A stretch of DNA of 64,000 bases, from NCBI GenBank assembly GCA_965223845.1, contig CBDCXR010000004.1:5856001-5920000 (forward strand), read 5' to 3'. Positions 19,539 to 29,673 of the stretch are shown here, piece after piece. Numbering within the stretch: position 1 is the stretch's first letter; the number at the start of each line of letters is the position of its first letter. This DNA is from Planctomycetota bacterium. GTDB taxonomy: Bacteria; Planctomycetota; UBA8108; SXIK01. Under the pieces are notes generated by a model, which searched no databases, was not told the origin of the DNA, and worked only from the letters and a program-made list of their open reading frames with translations. The translations under genes and the position numbers were made by a program.

Positions 19539-20867
19539 TCAGAATTTGACGGTCACGGAGCGGCGCTCTCCCTTTCGAAGAACGTCGAGCCGGAGCACGG
19601 ACCCGGGGCGATAGTGGTTCAGCCGCAGGTACGCGTGAAACTCGCCCTCGGAGCGATGCTCGGTGTGACCGTCGTAGCCGACGATCACGTCACCTTTCTT
19701 GAGGCCCGAACGGCGTACGGCCGAGCCGAAGATTCCGCGGACGTTCAGCGCGAGCTGGTTCGCCGCGATGCCCCGCTCCTTTTTCGCGTCCGGCTTGAAC
19801 GCTTGCACCCAGAGTCCAGGCGACGGCGGCATTCCGTACATCGAACCGCGCCAGGAGAGATTCCCCTCTCGCCATTTTCCCGAGAGCGCGAGCGTCGCGG
19901 CGATGGTTCCGCCGTCGCGTTTCAGCGTCGCGGGGAGCTCCGTCTTGACCGGAAGGTGATGCAGCACGAACTGCACGTCGGCGAAGGAGAGGATCTTTTG
20001 GCCGCCGAGTGTGTCGAGCTCGTCGCCCGGACGGATTCCCGCTCGGGCCGCCGCTGAGTCGGGAACGACCCGCTCGACGCGGCGTCCACCGGTCCTCTCG
20101 AGGACGACGCCGACGGAATCGGGAAGCGGATACTTCCAAAGCTTCCGCGGATCGTACGTCCCCGCGTCGAGGGCGACGTCGTGAAACGCGTCGTAGACGT
20201 TGTGGCAGTGGATGCACTGCTCGCGCCCCGGCTTCCGGGCGAGGATCTTTCGGATGCGCTTCGAAGGGATCTCCTTCACGAGGCGAACCTTCGGCGACGG
20301 TCCCTTCTTCGCCGCGAAGAAGTCGCGGTTCTTCGGATAACGAGAGTGCTCCTCGAGCACGCGCTCCATCGTCTTCGTGAGACCGGCGACGGAGTTGATC
20401 GCCATCGGCCCTTCCTTCGTGCGACTCCCGTACCTCGCGAATACGGTTCCGTCGGAGTGAAGAAAGAGCGCCGCCCAGGTGAGGTCGAAGTCGAATTGAT
20501 GCTGCGCGAGGTCGAGATCGTTCATGCGAACGATGCGGACGCAGACGAACTTCTCGGTCAGCTTCCTCAGCTTCGGATCGCGACGGACAACCTGCCCGTC
20601 AAAGCCTTTGCAGGTCTCTCACGGCACTCACCGAAAGAGGAGAAAGATCGGCTTCTTTTCTCGCGCAGCTTTCGCGCGGGCCGCCTCCCAATCGCCGTAG
20701 ATCCAGTGCGAAGCGATCTCGTCGCCGAGTTCGCGCTGGAGGGAGTCGGCGCCGTCCTGGGCCGGCGCGACTGAAGAAAGTGCGCCGGTGAGAATTCCGA
20801 GCGTGCCGAGCGCGATGAGCGCGCGCAGCGTCCTTCGGGATAAGGAAGATGAGTGCGAACGCGACAT
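19539..20867 (-). CDS. Thioredoxin-like / CxxCH / double-PDZ protein; candidate selenoprotein with two in-frame UGA (UxxU)
   Basis: ORFs 20628-20888 and 19539-20525 are in the same frame and joined by ...LLFR-TGA-GTG-CCG-TGA-GAG-ACC-TGC...(FR*VP*ETCKGFDGQVVRRD..KFVCVRIVRMN). GGAGG RBS before ATG 20867, signal peptide, HWIY.DWEAARAKAAREKKPIFLLFR thioredoxin-like start, CIHCH, two PDZ-like segments. Confidence 0.8.
20582..20600 (-). promoter_or_regulatory. Candidate bacterial SECIS hairpin
   Basis: mRNA GACGGGCA-GGU-UGUCCGUC (8-bp stem including one G-U, G-containing apical loop) starting 18 nt after the second UGA; contains GCAGGU as in the apical part of the E. coli fdhF SECIS. Confidence 0.6.
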
Positions 20868-21084
20868 GCGAACCTCCGGGGAAATCACACGGCATCGAGT
20901 GTCGCGCTAGTTCGGCCGATGATCAATGAAGATTCGTTCGTCGAAGGCAGTGTGGCCCCGGCTCTGTGCGCAGGCCGGTCCCGAGCGCGCGTAATGCGAA
21001 GTGAAAAACCGCCCCGTCCGCAGCCTCGAGCGGTCGGGGCGGTTGCCGAGATGCGCGAGGTACTGCGCTCGCGCGCGAACGGTC

Positions 21085-21798
21085 TTACTTGCGAAGGCGC
21101 ACGCGGCGGAGCGTCACGCGCGCGACCGGGTTTTTCCAGTCGCTCTCGGAAGATTCGAGGTCACCGACACCGTGGATGCCCGAGTGCACGTGTACGAACC
21201 CTTCCGCACCCTCGGTTGCGCGGACGCCCGGGTTGCCGCAAGGAGGTCCGGGAATGTGCGAGCAGAGCTCGTTGTTGGCTTCGCTTCCGGCGTCGTAGCC
21301 GCGAAGGAGGAACGAGCGCTCGCCGTACGTCGGTGCTCGCTGACCGCGCATGGCGTAGAAGCCGTCGTTCGTCGTCACCATCATGCCGACGAGGGAAATC
21401 CACGAGGCGCGCCGCGAACCGTCGATCACCTTCGTGACCGTCTCGCCGGGAAGTATGGGGCCGTTCTCGCCCGTGGCGAGTTGAACGTCGCGCACCTGAG
21501 AGCTGCCGGAGAGTTTGTCGATGAGCGGATCGTTCATCGCGTCTTCGGCCACCGCGGCGAGCTCGTCTGACGCCGGCGCCCCGAGAGTGAAGAGCGGCAT
21601 CATGTCGCTCGAGTGAGCGTAGATGATCGCGGGCGAAAAGATCTGCCCTCGGGTGATGTTCGTGATGCTCACTTCGATTCCGAAACTAGGCGACTCCGGG
21701 CGCATGATCTGTCGGTGATCCGCCTCGAGCGCCGCGAGTCCGACCAAACCGAGAGATCCGACGACGATCGCGCTGCCCACGATCCGCTTTCTATTCAT
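21085..21798 (-). CDS. Secreted spondin-domain (Spondin_N-like) protein
   Basis: Signal peptide; EVSITNITRGQIFSP..YAHS, ASDELAAVAEDA, GMMVTTNDGF, YDAGSEANNE, HIPGPPC, FVHVHSGIHG, WKNPVARVTLRR. Confidence 0.8.
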   Translation of the reverse strand: MNRKRIVGSAIVVGSLGLVGLAALEADHRQIMRPESPSFGIEVSITNITRGQIFSPAIIYAHSSDMMPLFTLGAPASDELAAVAEDAMNDPLIDKLSGSSQVRDVQLATGENGPILPGETVTKVIDGSRRASWISLVGMMVTTNDGFYAMRGQRAPTYGERSFLLRGYDAGSEANNELCSHIPGPPCGNPGVRATEGAEGFVHVHSGIHGVGDLESSESDWKNPVARVTLRRVRLRK

Positions 21799-21950
21799 GA
21801 CAACTCCTGTTTTCCTCCGATGAGCCCCGTCGACGGAGCTCCTTCGATCGCACTTCGGAACCGCATCCGATAGTGGTTCGTTCCGTTTGAAAACACCGCC
21901 GCGCGGGTCGACACTCTCCCGCGCGCCGCGGGTTCTCGTTCGTGGTAAGA

Positions 21951-21976
21951 TTTGCCGTTCTCGGTCGATCGGTTAC
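21951..21976 (-). promoter_or_regulatory. Putative ECF16/SigF-type promoter pointing at the spondin gene
   Basis: Minus strand GTAACC-N16-CAAA, one mismatch to the GTAACC-N16-CGAA consensus I recall for Caulobacter SigF; lies between the spondin gene and the ECF/NrsF pair. Confidence 0.5.
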
Positions 21977-22016
21977 GGGAATCTTCATCTTCTCGCCCAC
22001 CGGAAATTGTTGTGAC

Positions 22017-22625
22017 ATGCGGCCCCCCACCGGCTCATCCGCAGGTAGGATCGGTTCGAGCGCGACGTCGGGTCCGCCGGATGCGAGTTACGCGGAATGG
22101 ATGGTCGCCTATCAGGCTGGCGATGCTTCGTCGTTCGAGAAGATCTACGGACAACTCGCGCCGGTTCTGCGCGGGTATCTTCGTTCCCTCTGTGCCGACG
22201 CGACGCGGGCCGAAGACTTGCTTCAGGACAGCTTTTTGCAAATCCATCGTTCACGTCACACTTATCAGCCCTCGCGGCCGTTTCGGCCGTGGGCGTTCGC
22301 GATCGCGCGTCACGTCTATCAAACCGATTGCCGCTCCCGGTCTCGGCGTGCGCGCCACGAAAAAGAGGCCGCGGTGGACGACGTGTACGTGCCGCCAGAG
22401 TTCGAGCGGTTCGCCGCGCGCGATGTACTGGCGTCGGCGCTCGCCTTGCTCGCACCGGATCGACGCGAGATGCTCGTTCTCCATCACGCGTTCGGTTTTT
22501 CCTTCGCCGAGATCGGTCGAGTTTTGAGCATTCGTGCCGGCACCGCCAAGGTACGAGCCCATCGCGCGCTCGTTCAGTTGCGGAATCACCTGGGAGCTCA
22601 AGGGAGTAGCGGCGATGTCGAGTGA
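22017..22625 (+). CDS. ECF RNA polymerase sigma-70 factor (SigF/ECF16-like)
   Basis: WMVAYQAGDASSFEKIY, RAEDLLQDSFLQIHRSRHTYQPSRPFRPWAFAIARH, FSFAEIG..L.IRAGTAKVRAHRAL; start uncertain (22017 or 22100). Confidence 0.9.
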   Translation: MRPPTGSSAGRIGSSATSGPPDASYAEWMVAYQAGDASSFEKIYGQLAPVLRGYLRSLCADATRAEDLLQDSFLQIHRSRHTYQPSRPFRPWAFAIARHVYQTDCRSRSRRARHEKEAAVDDVYVPPEFERFAARDVLASALALLAPDRREMLVLHHAFGFSFAEIGRVLSIRAGTAKVRAHRALVQLRNHLGAQGSSGDVE

Positions 22626-23280
22626 ACCGCTTCCCCCTCGATTGAAGGAGGCCGTGTCTGAGGATCTCGCGCCCGTTCGTCCCCTCGGGCCTTCGTGGCG
22701 TCGCGCGCTCGCGGTCGTGCCTTGTCTCGTCGTCGCGGGGGTGATCATCGCGCTCTCCGGAATCCGCGGTGACGTGGACGCGATGGGACCGTGGCTCTCT
22801 TGGGGAGCGTCGGCCCTGCTCGTCGCCATCGCGATCGGCGGATTCGTTCTGCTCGCGCGGGAGTCGGTACCGGGTTCGGGCGTGCCTCTCTCGATGATTC
22901 TCGCTGGCGCGGCGATCGCGGGGGTGATCGAGTTCGCATTCGCGCGTTCGGTGCACCAAGCGACGCCGAATCCCGCGCCGGCGAACCAGACGGTCCAGAT
23001 GGTGGGCGCCTGCTTCGTTGCGATCGTACTCTTTGCCGCGCCCTGTGTTTTCGTGGGCGCGGTGATGGTTCGGCGCGCGCTTCCGGCGCGACCGGCGATG
23101 TGCGGCGCGCTCGCCGGAGCCGCCGGCACGATCGGAGCGGAGGGGCTCTGGCGGCTTCACTGTCCGTTTACCGACGCGGGACACTTCGCGTTCGGCCACG
23201 TGCTTCCCGCGGTCGTGTTTGCGGTCGCGGCGATGTTGCTCTTCCGTCGATTCGCGCGGCCTCGAGGAGAGGTGAGCTGA
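22615..23280 (+). CDS. NrsF/DUF1109-family membrane anti-sigma factor
   Basis: DLAPVRPL N-terminal motif, about six TM segments, RESVPG, GAC, WRLHCP...HFAFGH; overlaps the sigma gene. Confidence 0.85.
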   Translation: MSSEPLPPRLKEAVSEDLAPVRPLGPSWRRALAVVPCLVVAGVIIALSGIRGDVDAMGPWLSWGASALLVAIAIGGFVLLARESVPGSGVPLSMILAGAAIAGVIEFAFARSVHQATPNPAPANQTVQMVGACFVAIVLFAAPCVFVGAVMVRRALPARPAMCGALAGAAGTIGAEGLWRLHCPFTDAGHFAFGHVLPAVVFAVAAMLLFRRFARPRGEVS

Positions 23281-23622
23281 AGGCGGAGTGCGCGGTGCGG
23301 CGGGTGGGGTTCGCATTCGCGCCGCTCCCGCGTCCTCCCCGTTGAGAGCGTCGCGGCCGGCCGAACGGATCGGGCTCCGCGGGCGCCGTTCGGCGGAGTT
23401 CGTCCGCGTGCGCCCGCGCGGGCTCCGGGCTAGCGCGGCCCGGTGCTCTCGGCGACTCGGGAGGCGAAGTTCGCCGAGCGATTCGGGTGGCGGCCGCATC
23501 TCCGCGCGCGCGAGTCCGCTTTGCACCGCTTGCGAACGTCGGCTCCGCGCTCCAAGCTACCGATGCCTGACTCGCCGTTCTCCGAGCCAACGTCACCTCG
23601 CTCTCTCGGAGAACTCGATCTC

Positions 23623-24537
23623 GTGCAACCGCGACGAATACTCTTCGGCGCGACCTATCTCGTCACTCGGCGCTGCACTCAGCGGCAGTTCCTCCTGCGT
23701 CCGGACGAGAGGGTCAATCGTGCCGTGCTCTACTGTCTCGCGTACGCGGCCAACGAAACTGGCGTCGAAATCCACGCGTTTGTAGCGCTCTCGAATCACT
23801 ATCACCTCTTGGTCACCGATCCGGCGGATCGGATCCCGCGTTTCCTGCATCGGCTCAATTCGCTCCTCGCGCGGTGCCTGAACGCCATGCGAGCCCGGTT
23901 CGGCAACCTCTTCGAAACTTCGGGGCCGAGCTATGTGCGGGCGATCGAGCCGAACGACGTGCTTCGGCAACTCGCCTACACGATTTGCAATCCAGTGTCG
24001 TCGGGACTCGTGCTCAACGCGAAGGACTGGCCGGGGGTTCGAAGCGAGCCGAGTCAGTTCGGAACGACGGTGATCGCGGAGAAGCCCGACTGGTTTTTCT
24101 CGGAACAAATGCCCGACGAGGTTCCGATCGTAGTCTCGCCGCCGCCCTGTTTTGGAGGGTGGGATCTCGCTCAGCTCAGGGCGGAGGTCGAACGAACGGT
24201 CGCCGAGCACGAAGCGACCTGCCGCGCGGAGATCGAGCGATCGAAAAGCGGATTTCTCGGCGCGAAACGGGTGAGGAATCAGAGCCCGACCGACTCACCC
24301 GCGGGCTACGAGAAGAAATGGAAGTTGTCGCCGACGATCCAGGCGAAGCGACCCGGGCCGAGAGTCGAAGAGATTCGCGCGCTGATCGCGTTCCGTGTCC
24401 GCTACCGCGCGGTGCTTCAGCAATTCCGCGAAGGTGCGAAAGACGTCGAATTCCCCGCCGGGACGTATTGGATGCGCGTCTTCCATCGCCAGCGGTGCGA
24501 ACGCCTCGTCTCGGGAGCGGTGCCGCTCGCCCCGTAG
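23623..24537 (+). mobile_element. REP-associated tyrosine (HUH/Y1, RAYT-like) transposase
   Basis: GTG at 23623 after GGAGA; PRRILFGATYLVTRRC...FLLRP, EIHAFVALSNHYHLLV (HUH), LARCLN, LAYTICNPVSSGLV..AKDWPG (catalytic Tyr), FPAGTYWMR. Confidence 0.88.
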
Positions 24538-24750
24538 CGGTATCCGCATCACTTCCGACTCTCGACTGCGCCAAGAACTCGGCGCCGCAGGGGGAGAGGT
24601 CTGTCCGGACGGAGCGCTTTTTCGCTTGGAACTGTACAAACTCGCGCCAAGTGTCGCGAAGCGACCGGTTCCCGGGCGAAATGCGGCCAACGGAGCCCCA
24701 TCAACAAAATCCAACATACTCCTTAATAACTAATCATTCCCAGATGAACC

Positions 24751-24847
24751 CGGTTTGTCGCCGCGCCAACCCGGTTCCGGTCCGGCCCCTCGGTTTGTCG
24801 CCGCGCCAACCCGGTTCCGGTCCGGCCTCGGTTCCGGGTCCGGCCCC
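24751..24847. repeat. 40-bp period tandem duplication plus a partial third copy, downstream of the transposase
   Basis: CGGTTTGTCGCCGCGCCAACCCGGTTCCGGTCCGGCC identical at 24751-24787 and 24791-24827; partial CGGTTCCGGGTCCGGCCCC at 24829-24847. Confidence 0.9.
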
Positions 24848-24854
24848 GACCCCC

Positions 24855-25964
24855 CTACGCGATGTGCGCCCCACGCGTCTCGACGTACACCGCGTACAGC
24901 GACTGACTCGCCGTCATGAACAACCGGTTCCGCTTCGTTCCCCCGAAGCAGACATTGCCGCAGATCTCCGGGAGAAGGATCTGTCCGATCCGTTTCCCCT
25001 CGGGCGAGAAGATGTGGACGCCGTCGTATCCTTCACCCACCCAACCGGCGCTCGACCAGATGTTTCCGTCCTCGTCGGCGCGAATGCCATCGGCGAAGCC
25101 GGCGTTCTGTGGCTTCTTGATGGAATCGAGCTTCATGCTCGTGAAGACCCGGCGATTCGTGAGCCGCTTCTCGTCGGCGACGTCCCACACCTTGATATCT
25201 CGGGGCGCCTCGGGGTAGTGCGATGCGCCCGTGTCCGCGACGTAGAGCTTCTTATAATCCGGCGAAAAGCAGAGGCCGTTCGGCTTGTAGATCTCGTCGG
25301 CGACCTTCGCGAGCTTCCCCGTTTTCGTGTCGAGCCGGTAGACCGCTTCCTTGATGTGAAGCGGGCCCTTCGTGCCCTCGTAATGCATGAGGCTCCCGTA
25401 GCCGGGATCGGTAAACCAGATGGCTCCGTCGGGATGGACCACCGCGTCGTTCGGCGCGTTGAGGGGCTTTCCGTCGTAGCGGTCGGCGAGGACCGTCTTC
25501 GTTCCGTTGTATTCGTAGCGGACGAGCTGCCGCGTACCGTGCTCGCAGGAGATCTGCCGGCCTTGGTAGTCGAACGTGTTCCCGTTGCTGTTGCCCGACG
25601 GGTGGCGCATCGTCGAGACGTGTCCGTCGTCCTCGATCCAGCGCTTCTGCACGTTGTTGGGGATGTCACTCCAGACGAGGTAGCGCCCGACGCCATTCCA
25701 CGCCGGACCCTCGGCCCAGAGCATTCCCGTCGCGAGCCGCTGAATCGGCGTGTTGCCGAGCTTGTACTTCGCGAAGCTCGGATCGAGGGCGACGATGTCG
25801 GGATCGGGGTACCGAACCGGTGGCGCGTTCGGACCGTAATCGCGCGCGAGGACTTTCGTTCCGAGCGCCGCCGCGGCGGCGCCGAGAAAAGCGCGGCGGC
25901 CGAGGCGCGGTGCTTGCGGGGCGGGCGTGTCAGCGCATGCGGGCGTGTTCGATCGAGTCGTCAT
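24855..25964 (-). CDS. SMP-30/gluconolactonase/LRE family protein, Tat-exported
   Basis: GRRAFLGAAAAA twin-Arg signal; WAEGPAW, WSDIPNN, NSNGNTFD, LNAPNDAVV, WFTDPGYG, PNGLCFSPD, FADGIRADEDGN, NVCFGG. Confidence 0.93.
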   Translation of the reverse strand: MTTRSNTPACADTPAPQAPRLGRRAFLGAAAAALGTKVLARDYGPNAPPVRYPDPDIVALDPSFAKYKLGNTPIQRLATGMLWAEGPAWNGVGRYLVWSDIPNNVQKRWIEDDGHVSTMRHPSGNSNGNTFDYQGRQISCEHGTRQLVRYEYNGTKTVLADRYDGKPLNAPNDAVVHPDGAIWFTDPGYGSLMHYEGTKGPLHIKEAVYRLDTKTGKLAKVADEIYKPNGLCFSPDYKKLYVADTGASHYPEAPRDIKVWDVADEKRLTNRRVFTSMKLDSIKKPQNAGFADGIRADEDGNIWSSAGWVGEGYDGVHIFSPEGKRIGQILLPEICGNVCFGGTKRNRLFMTASQSLYAVYVETRGAHIA

Positions 25965-26483
25965 CTCGGGATGCTCCTTCTCGCGAGCTGGTCGCGACGA
26001 GTGAATCGGAATCGGGCGCCTCGATCCGATACGCCAACTTGCGGTGGCGCGCCGTGAGTGGGGATGAGAATGAGGCGTGGGAAAGGGTCCGGATGAGCGC
26101 CGGAGTCTTCACTATCGGGGAGAACGAAAGAGCGATGCAAGGACTCGAGACGGGCCCCGGTCGATCGGCGGCTCCGTGGAGACCGCCGGCGGACGGTCGC
26201 CTGCCCCGCTCTAAGTGATTGCTAAGAAGCGAGTTGAGCCCGTGGTCCGAACCCCGAGGCCGACACCTTCGATTTCCCTTTCCCCCGATCCAGATCTGGT
26301 ACAATGGCGAAGCTTATGCGCAGCGCGTACGCACCCGCCGCGCCGAATCGGCGCAGACGAGGGTCGGGTGCCTGACGGTCCGTGTTTTCTCTACGGACGG
26401 GGTCTGCCCCGCGCGAATCGAACGCTGCGGAGCCGCGCTAGCCGACCGACGAACAGCGAACGGAACTGGAACGGAGGCTGACC

Positions 26484-27953
26484 ATGCTCGTCATTCCGGG
26501 CGACCAAGGACGGGTTACGTGCGACGGACTTTCGCGGCGCGAGCTGCTCCGGATCGGAGGCTCCGCGCTACTGGGCCTGAGTCTCCCGCAGCTCCTCGAG
26601 CTTCAGGCCGCATCGGCGGCTTCCGTCGCCGGGAAGTTTTCCGGGGCGGCGGGCTTCGGTAAGGCGAAGAGCGTCATCCTGATTTACCTCCAGGGCGGAC
26701 CGAGCCACCTCGACCTCTGGGACCCGAAGACGGACGTCCCGAGCGATGTGAAGAGCATCTTCAAGCCCATCAAGTCGAAGGTGCCCGGGATGGAAGTCAC
26801 CGAGCTCCTCCCGAACCTCGCGAAGGTGACCGACAAGTTCACGTTCATCCGGACGATGAGCTACACGCCGAACGGCCTCTTCAATCACACCGCGGCGATC
26901 TACCAGATGCTGACCGGCTACACCGCGGACAAGGTGAGCCCGTCCGGCCAGCTCGAGCCGCCGACTCCGAAAGACTTTCCGCACGTCGGCTCGAACATCG
27001 CGAAATTGAAGCCGCCGACCGTGCCGATGCTGCCCTTCGTCATGATGCCGCGGCCGCTTCAGGAGAGTAACGTCGTCGGAAAGGGCGGGACGGCCGGTTT
27101 CCTCGGCCGAGCGTACGATCCCTTTACGCTCTACCCGTCGGGCGACGATCTCGACAACTCGAAGATGGACCGGATCAAGATCGACGACCTCACGATGCGC
27201 CAGGAGCTCACGACTCCGCGAATGCGTCGCCGGGCGAATCTCTTGAAGGCGATCAACGGCGGCATGCCGGCGCTCGAGAAGGCCGTCGCGAAGTACGATC
27301 TCAATCAGTACACCGAGAAGGCGCTCAGCCTCGTTCTTTCGGGACGTGCGCGGAACGCGTTCGATCTCAAGCAAGAACCGGACAAGCTTCGCGACGAGTA
27401 CGGCCGAACGACCTTCGGTCAGTGCTGTCTCCTCGCGCGTCGCCTCGTCGAATCGGGCACGCGCTTCGTCGAGGTGAACTGGCCGAAGATCGCGAACTCC
27501 GATCGCCACTCGTGGGACGTCCACGTCGGGCTCCCCGATCGGATGAAGAAGCTCTCCGGGCCGATGCTCGACCCGGGACTCGCGACCTTGATTCGCGATC
27601 TCGACGACCGCGGGCTTCTCGACGACACGCTCGTCGTCGCCGTCGGCGAGTTCGGCCGCAGCCCGAAGCGCGGCATCAGCACCTCCGGAAACGGAAACTC
27701 CGCCGACGGACGCGACCACTGGCCGTACTGCTACACCGCCGTCGTCGCCGGCGGCGGCGTGAAGCGGGGAAACGTCTACGGTCAATCGGACGCGACCGCG
27801 TCGGGCCCCATCGACAATCCGGTCAGCCCCCAAAACCTGCTCGCTACGATCTACCACGCGATGGGTCTCGACCCGCACATGATGATCTACAACCACCTCA
27901 ATCAGCCTCGGGAGATGGTGCAGGGCGATCCGGTCCTCGACCTCTTCGCCTGA
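26484..27953 (+). CDS. DUF1501 domain-containing protein
   Basis: [81 protein letters not shown]. Confidence 0.93.
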   Translation: MLVIPGDQGRVTCDGLSRRELLRIGGSALLGLSLPQLLELQAASAASVAGKFSGAAGFGKAKSVILIYLQGGPSHLDLWDPKTDVPSDVKSIFKPIKSKVPGMEVTELLPNLAKVTDKFTFIRTMSYTPNGLFNHTAAIYQMLTGYTADKVSPSGQLEPPTPKDFPHVGSNIAKLKPPTVPMLPFVMMPRPLQESNVVGKGGTAGFLGRAYDPFTLYPSGDDLDNSKMDRIKIDDLTMRQELTTPRMRRRANLLKAINGGMPALEKAVAKYDLNQYTEKALSLVLSGRARNAFDLKQEPDKLRDEYGRTTFGQCCLLARRLVESGTRFVEVNWPKIANSDRHSWDVHVGLPDRMKKLSGPMLDPGLATLIRDLDDRGLLDDTLVVAVGEFGRSPKRGISTSGNGNSADGRDHWPYCYTAVVAGGGVKRGNVYGQSDATASGPIDNPVSPQNLLATIYHAMGLDPHMMIYNHLNQPREMVQGDPVLDLFA

Positions 27954-28169
27954 TCCAGTCTCCCTAGGCATCGGCGGCCGGACTCCGAAGCGTTCGTCCG
28001 CCGGTCCCGCTCGATCACCGCGACCCACGCCGGGAGATTCGCGCGTCGCGCGAAACATTACCGGAGTTTCGACCGTCGATGCGTTCGCGAACGAGCGCTC
28101 CATTGAAGCGGAGATCGGCGGGCGTCCTCCGGCACCGCCCGCAACCGCGAACGAACACGGAAAGCCAGG

Positions 28170-29573
28170 ATGAATTCGCTCCGATATACGACACTCTTCC
28201 TCGCCGTCCTCGGAGGCGCGAAAGCGGTCCACGCGGACGACGCGACCAGCGGCGAAGGAGTCAGCTATTTTCGCGACGTCTGGCCGATTTTTCGCGCCAA
28301 GTGTCAGGGTTGTCATCAGCCAGCGAAGCCGGGAGGGAAGTTCGTGCTCACCTCACACGAGCTTCTGATGGCCGGGAGCCGCGGCGATCCGGTCGTCGTA
28401 CCCGGAAAGCCGGATGAGAGCTCGCTCCTCGACGAGATCACTCCGGACGGCGACGATCCCCCGGCGATGCCGAAGGACGCCGCGCCCCTCTCGGAAACCG
28501 AGGTCGCGACGATTCGACAGTGGATCGCCGCGGGGGCGAAGGACGACACGCCGGCGTCGGCCAAGGTGAGATTCGACGCCGACCATCCGCCGGTCTACGA
28601 GAACGCCCCGGTCCTCACCGCCGTCGATTGTTCCCCGGACGGAACACTCATCGCGGCGTCGGGTTACCACGAAGTCCTCCTCCACAAGGCGGACGGAACC
28701 GGGCTTGCCGGGCGACTGGTCGGTCTCTCCGAGAGGATCGAATCGCTGCAGTTCTCTCCCGACGGGAAGAAGCTTGCCGTGACGGGCGGATCGCCGTCGC
28801 AGATGGGTGAAGTTCAGATCTGGGACGTCGAGAAGCAGAAGCTGCTCGTCGGGCACGCGACGACATTCGACAGTGTCTACGGTGCGAGCTGGTCGAACGA
28901 CGGGAAGCTCGTCGCCTTCGGCTGCGCAGACAACTCGGTCCGCGCGATCGACGCGACGTCCGGAAACCAGGTGCTCTTCCAGGGCGCTCACAACGATTGG
29001 GTGCTCGGGACCGCGTTCTCGGTAGACGCATCCCATCTCGTGTCGGTGAGCCGTGATCGCAGCATGAAGCTGATCAAGGTCGACACCGAGCAGTTCATCG
29101 ACAACATCACGAGCATCACGCCCGGAGCGCTCAAGGGTGGCTTGATCGCCGTCGACTGCCATCCGAAGGAGGATCGACTTCTCGTCGGCGGTGCGGACGG
29201 CACGCCGAAGATCTACCGGATGCACCGCGAAAAGGCGCGAAAGATCGGCGACGACTTCAACCTCATTCGCGCGTTCGGCGCGATGCCGGGCCGGCTCTAT
29301 TCGGTGGAGTTCAACGCCGACGGCAGCCGGTTCATCGCGGGGAGCAGCTTCAACGGACGCGGGGAGATCCGCAGCTATCAGACGGCGGACGGCAAGCAAG
29401 ATTGGGCGACGAAGCTCGAGACCGCGGTCTATTCGGTCGCTTACAGCCACGACTACGGACGAGTCGCCGTCGGCGGCTATGACGGCATGATAAGGATTCT
29501 CGACGCGAAGAGCGGCGAGGAAGTCCAGCGGTGGGCGGCGGCGCCGGTACAGCGAACGCGCCGCGAGTTCTGA
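28170..29573 (+). CDS. Planctomycete cytochrome c domain + WD40 repeat protein
   Basis: Signal peptide; VSYFRDVWPIFRAKCQGCH, VVPGKPDESSL, PAMP, IRQWIAAGA; WD40-like repeats (FSPDGKKLAV, AHNDWVLG). Confidence 0.92.
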   Translation: MNSLRYTTLFLAVLGGAKAVHADDATSGEGVSYFRDVWPIFRAKCQGCHQPAKPGGKFVLTSHELLMAGSRGDPVVVPGKPDESSLLDEITPDGDDPPAMPKDAAPLSETEVATIRQWIAAGAKDDTPASAKVRFDADHPPVYENAPVLTAVDCSPDGTLIAASGYHEVLLHKADGTGLAGRLVGLSERIESLQFSPDGKKLAVTGGSPSQMGEVQIWDVEKQKLLVGHATTFDSVYGASWSNDGKLVAFGCADNSVRAIDATSGNQVLFQGAHNDWVLGTAFSVDASHLVSVSRDRSMKLIKVDTEQFIDNITSITPGALKGGLIAVDCHPKEDRLLVGGADGTPKIYRMHREKARKIGDDFNLIRAFGAMPGRLYSVEFNADGSRFIAGSSFNGRGEIRSYQTADGKQDWATKLETAVYSVAYSHDYGRVAVGGYDGMIRILDAKSGEEVQRWAAAPVQRTRREF

Positions 29574-29673
29574 GCGCGGCACCGTCGAGCGACGGCCGCG
29601 GGAGAGCGACTCTCCGACGAGAGCGAGCGACGATCACAAAACCAGTCAACGCGCGTGCACGGGAACGAAAACG

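Noticed and set aside
20599-20895. Treating 20628-20888 and 19539-20525 as two genes or as a frameshifted pseudogene
   Set aside because: Same frame, both stops are TGA at CxxC positions, the intervening codons are family-like and a SECIS-like hairpin follows; recoding is the simpler explanation.
23443-23622. N-terminal extension of the transposase ORF
   Set aside because: Low-complexity; the family-like sequence and an RBS begin at GTG 23623.
24751-24847. CRISPR array
   Set aside because: Only two adjacent copies separated by 3 nt, no unique spacers and no cas genes.
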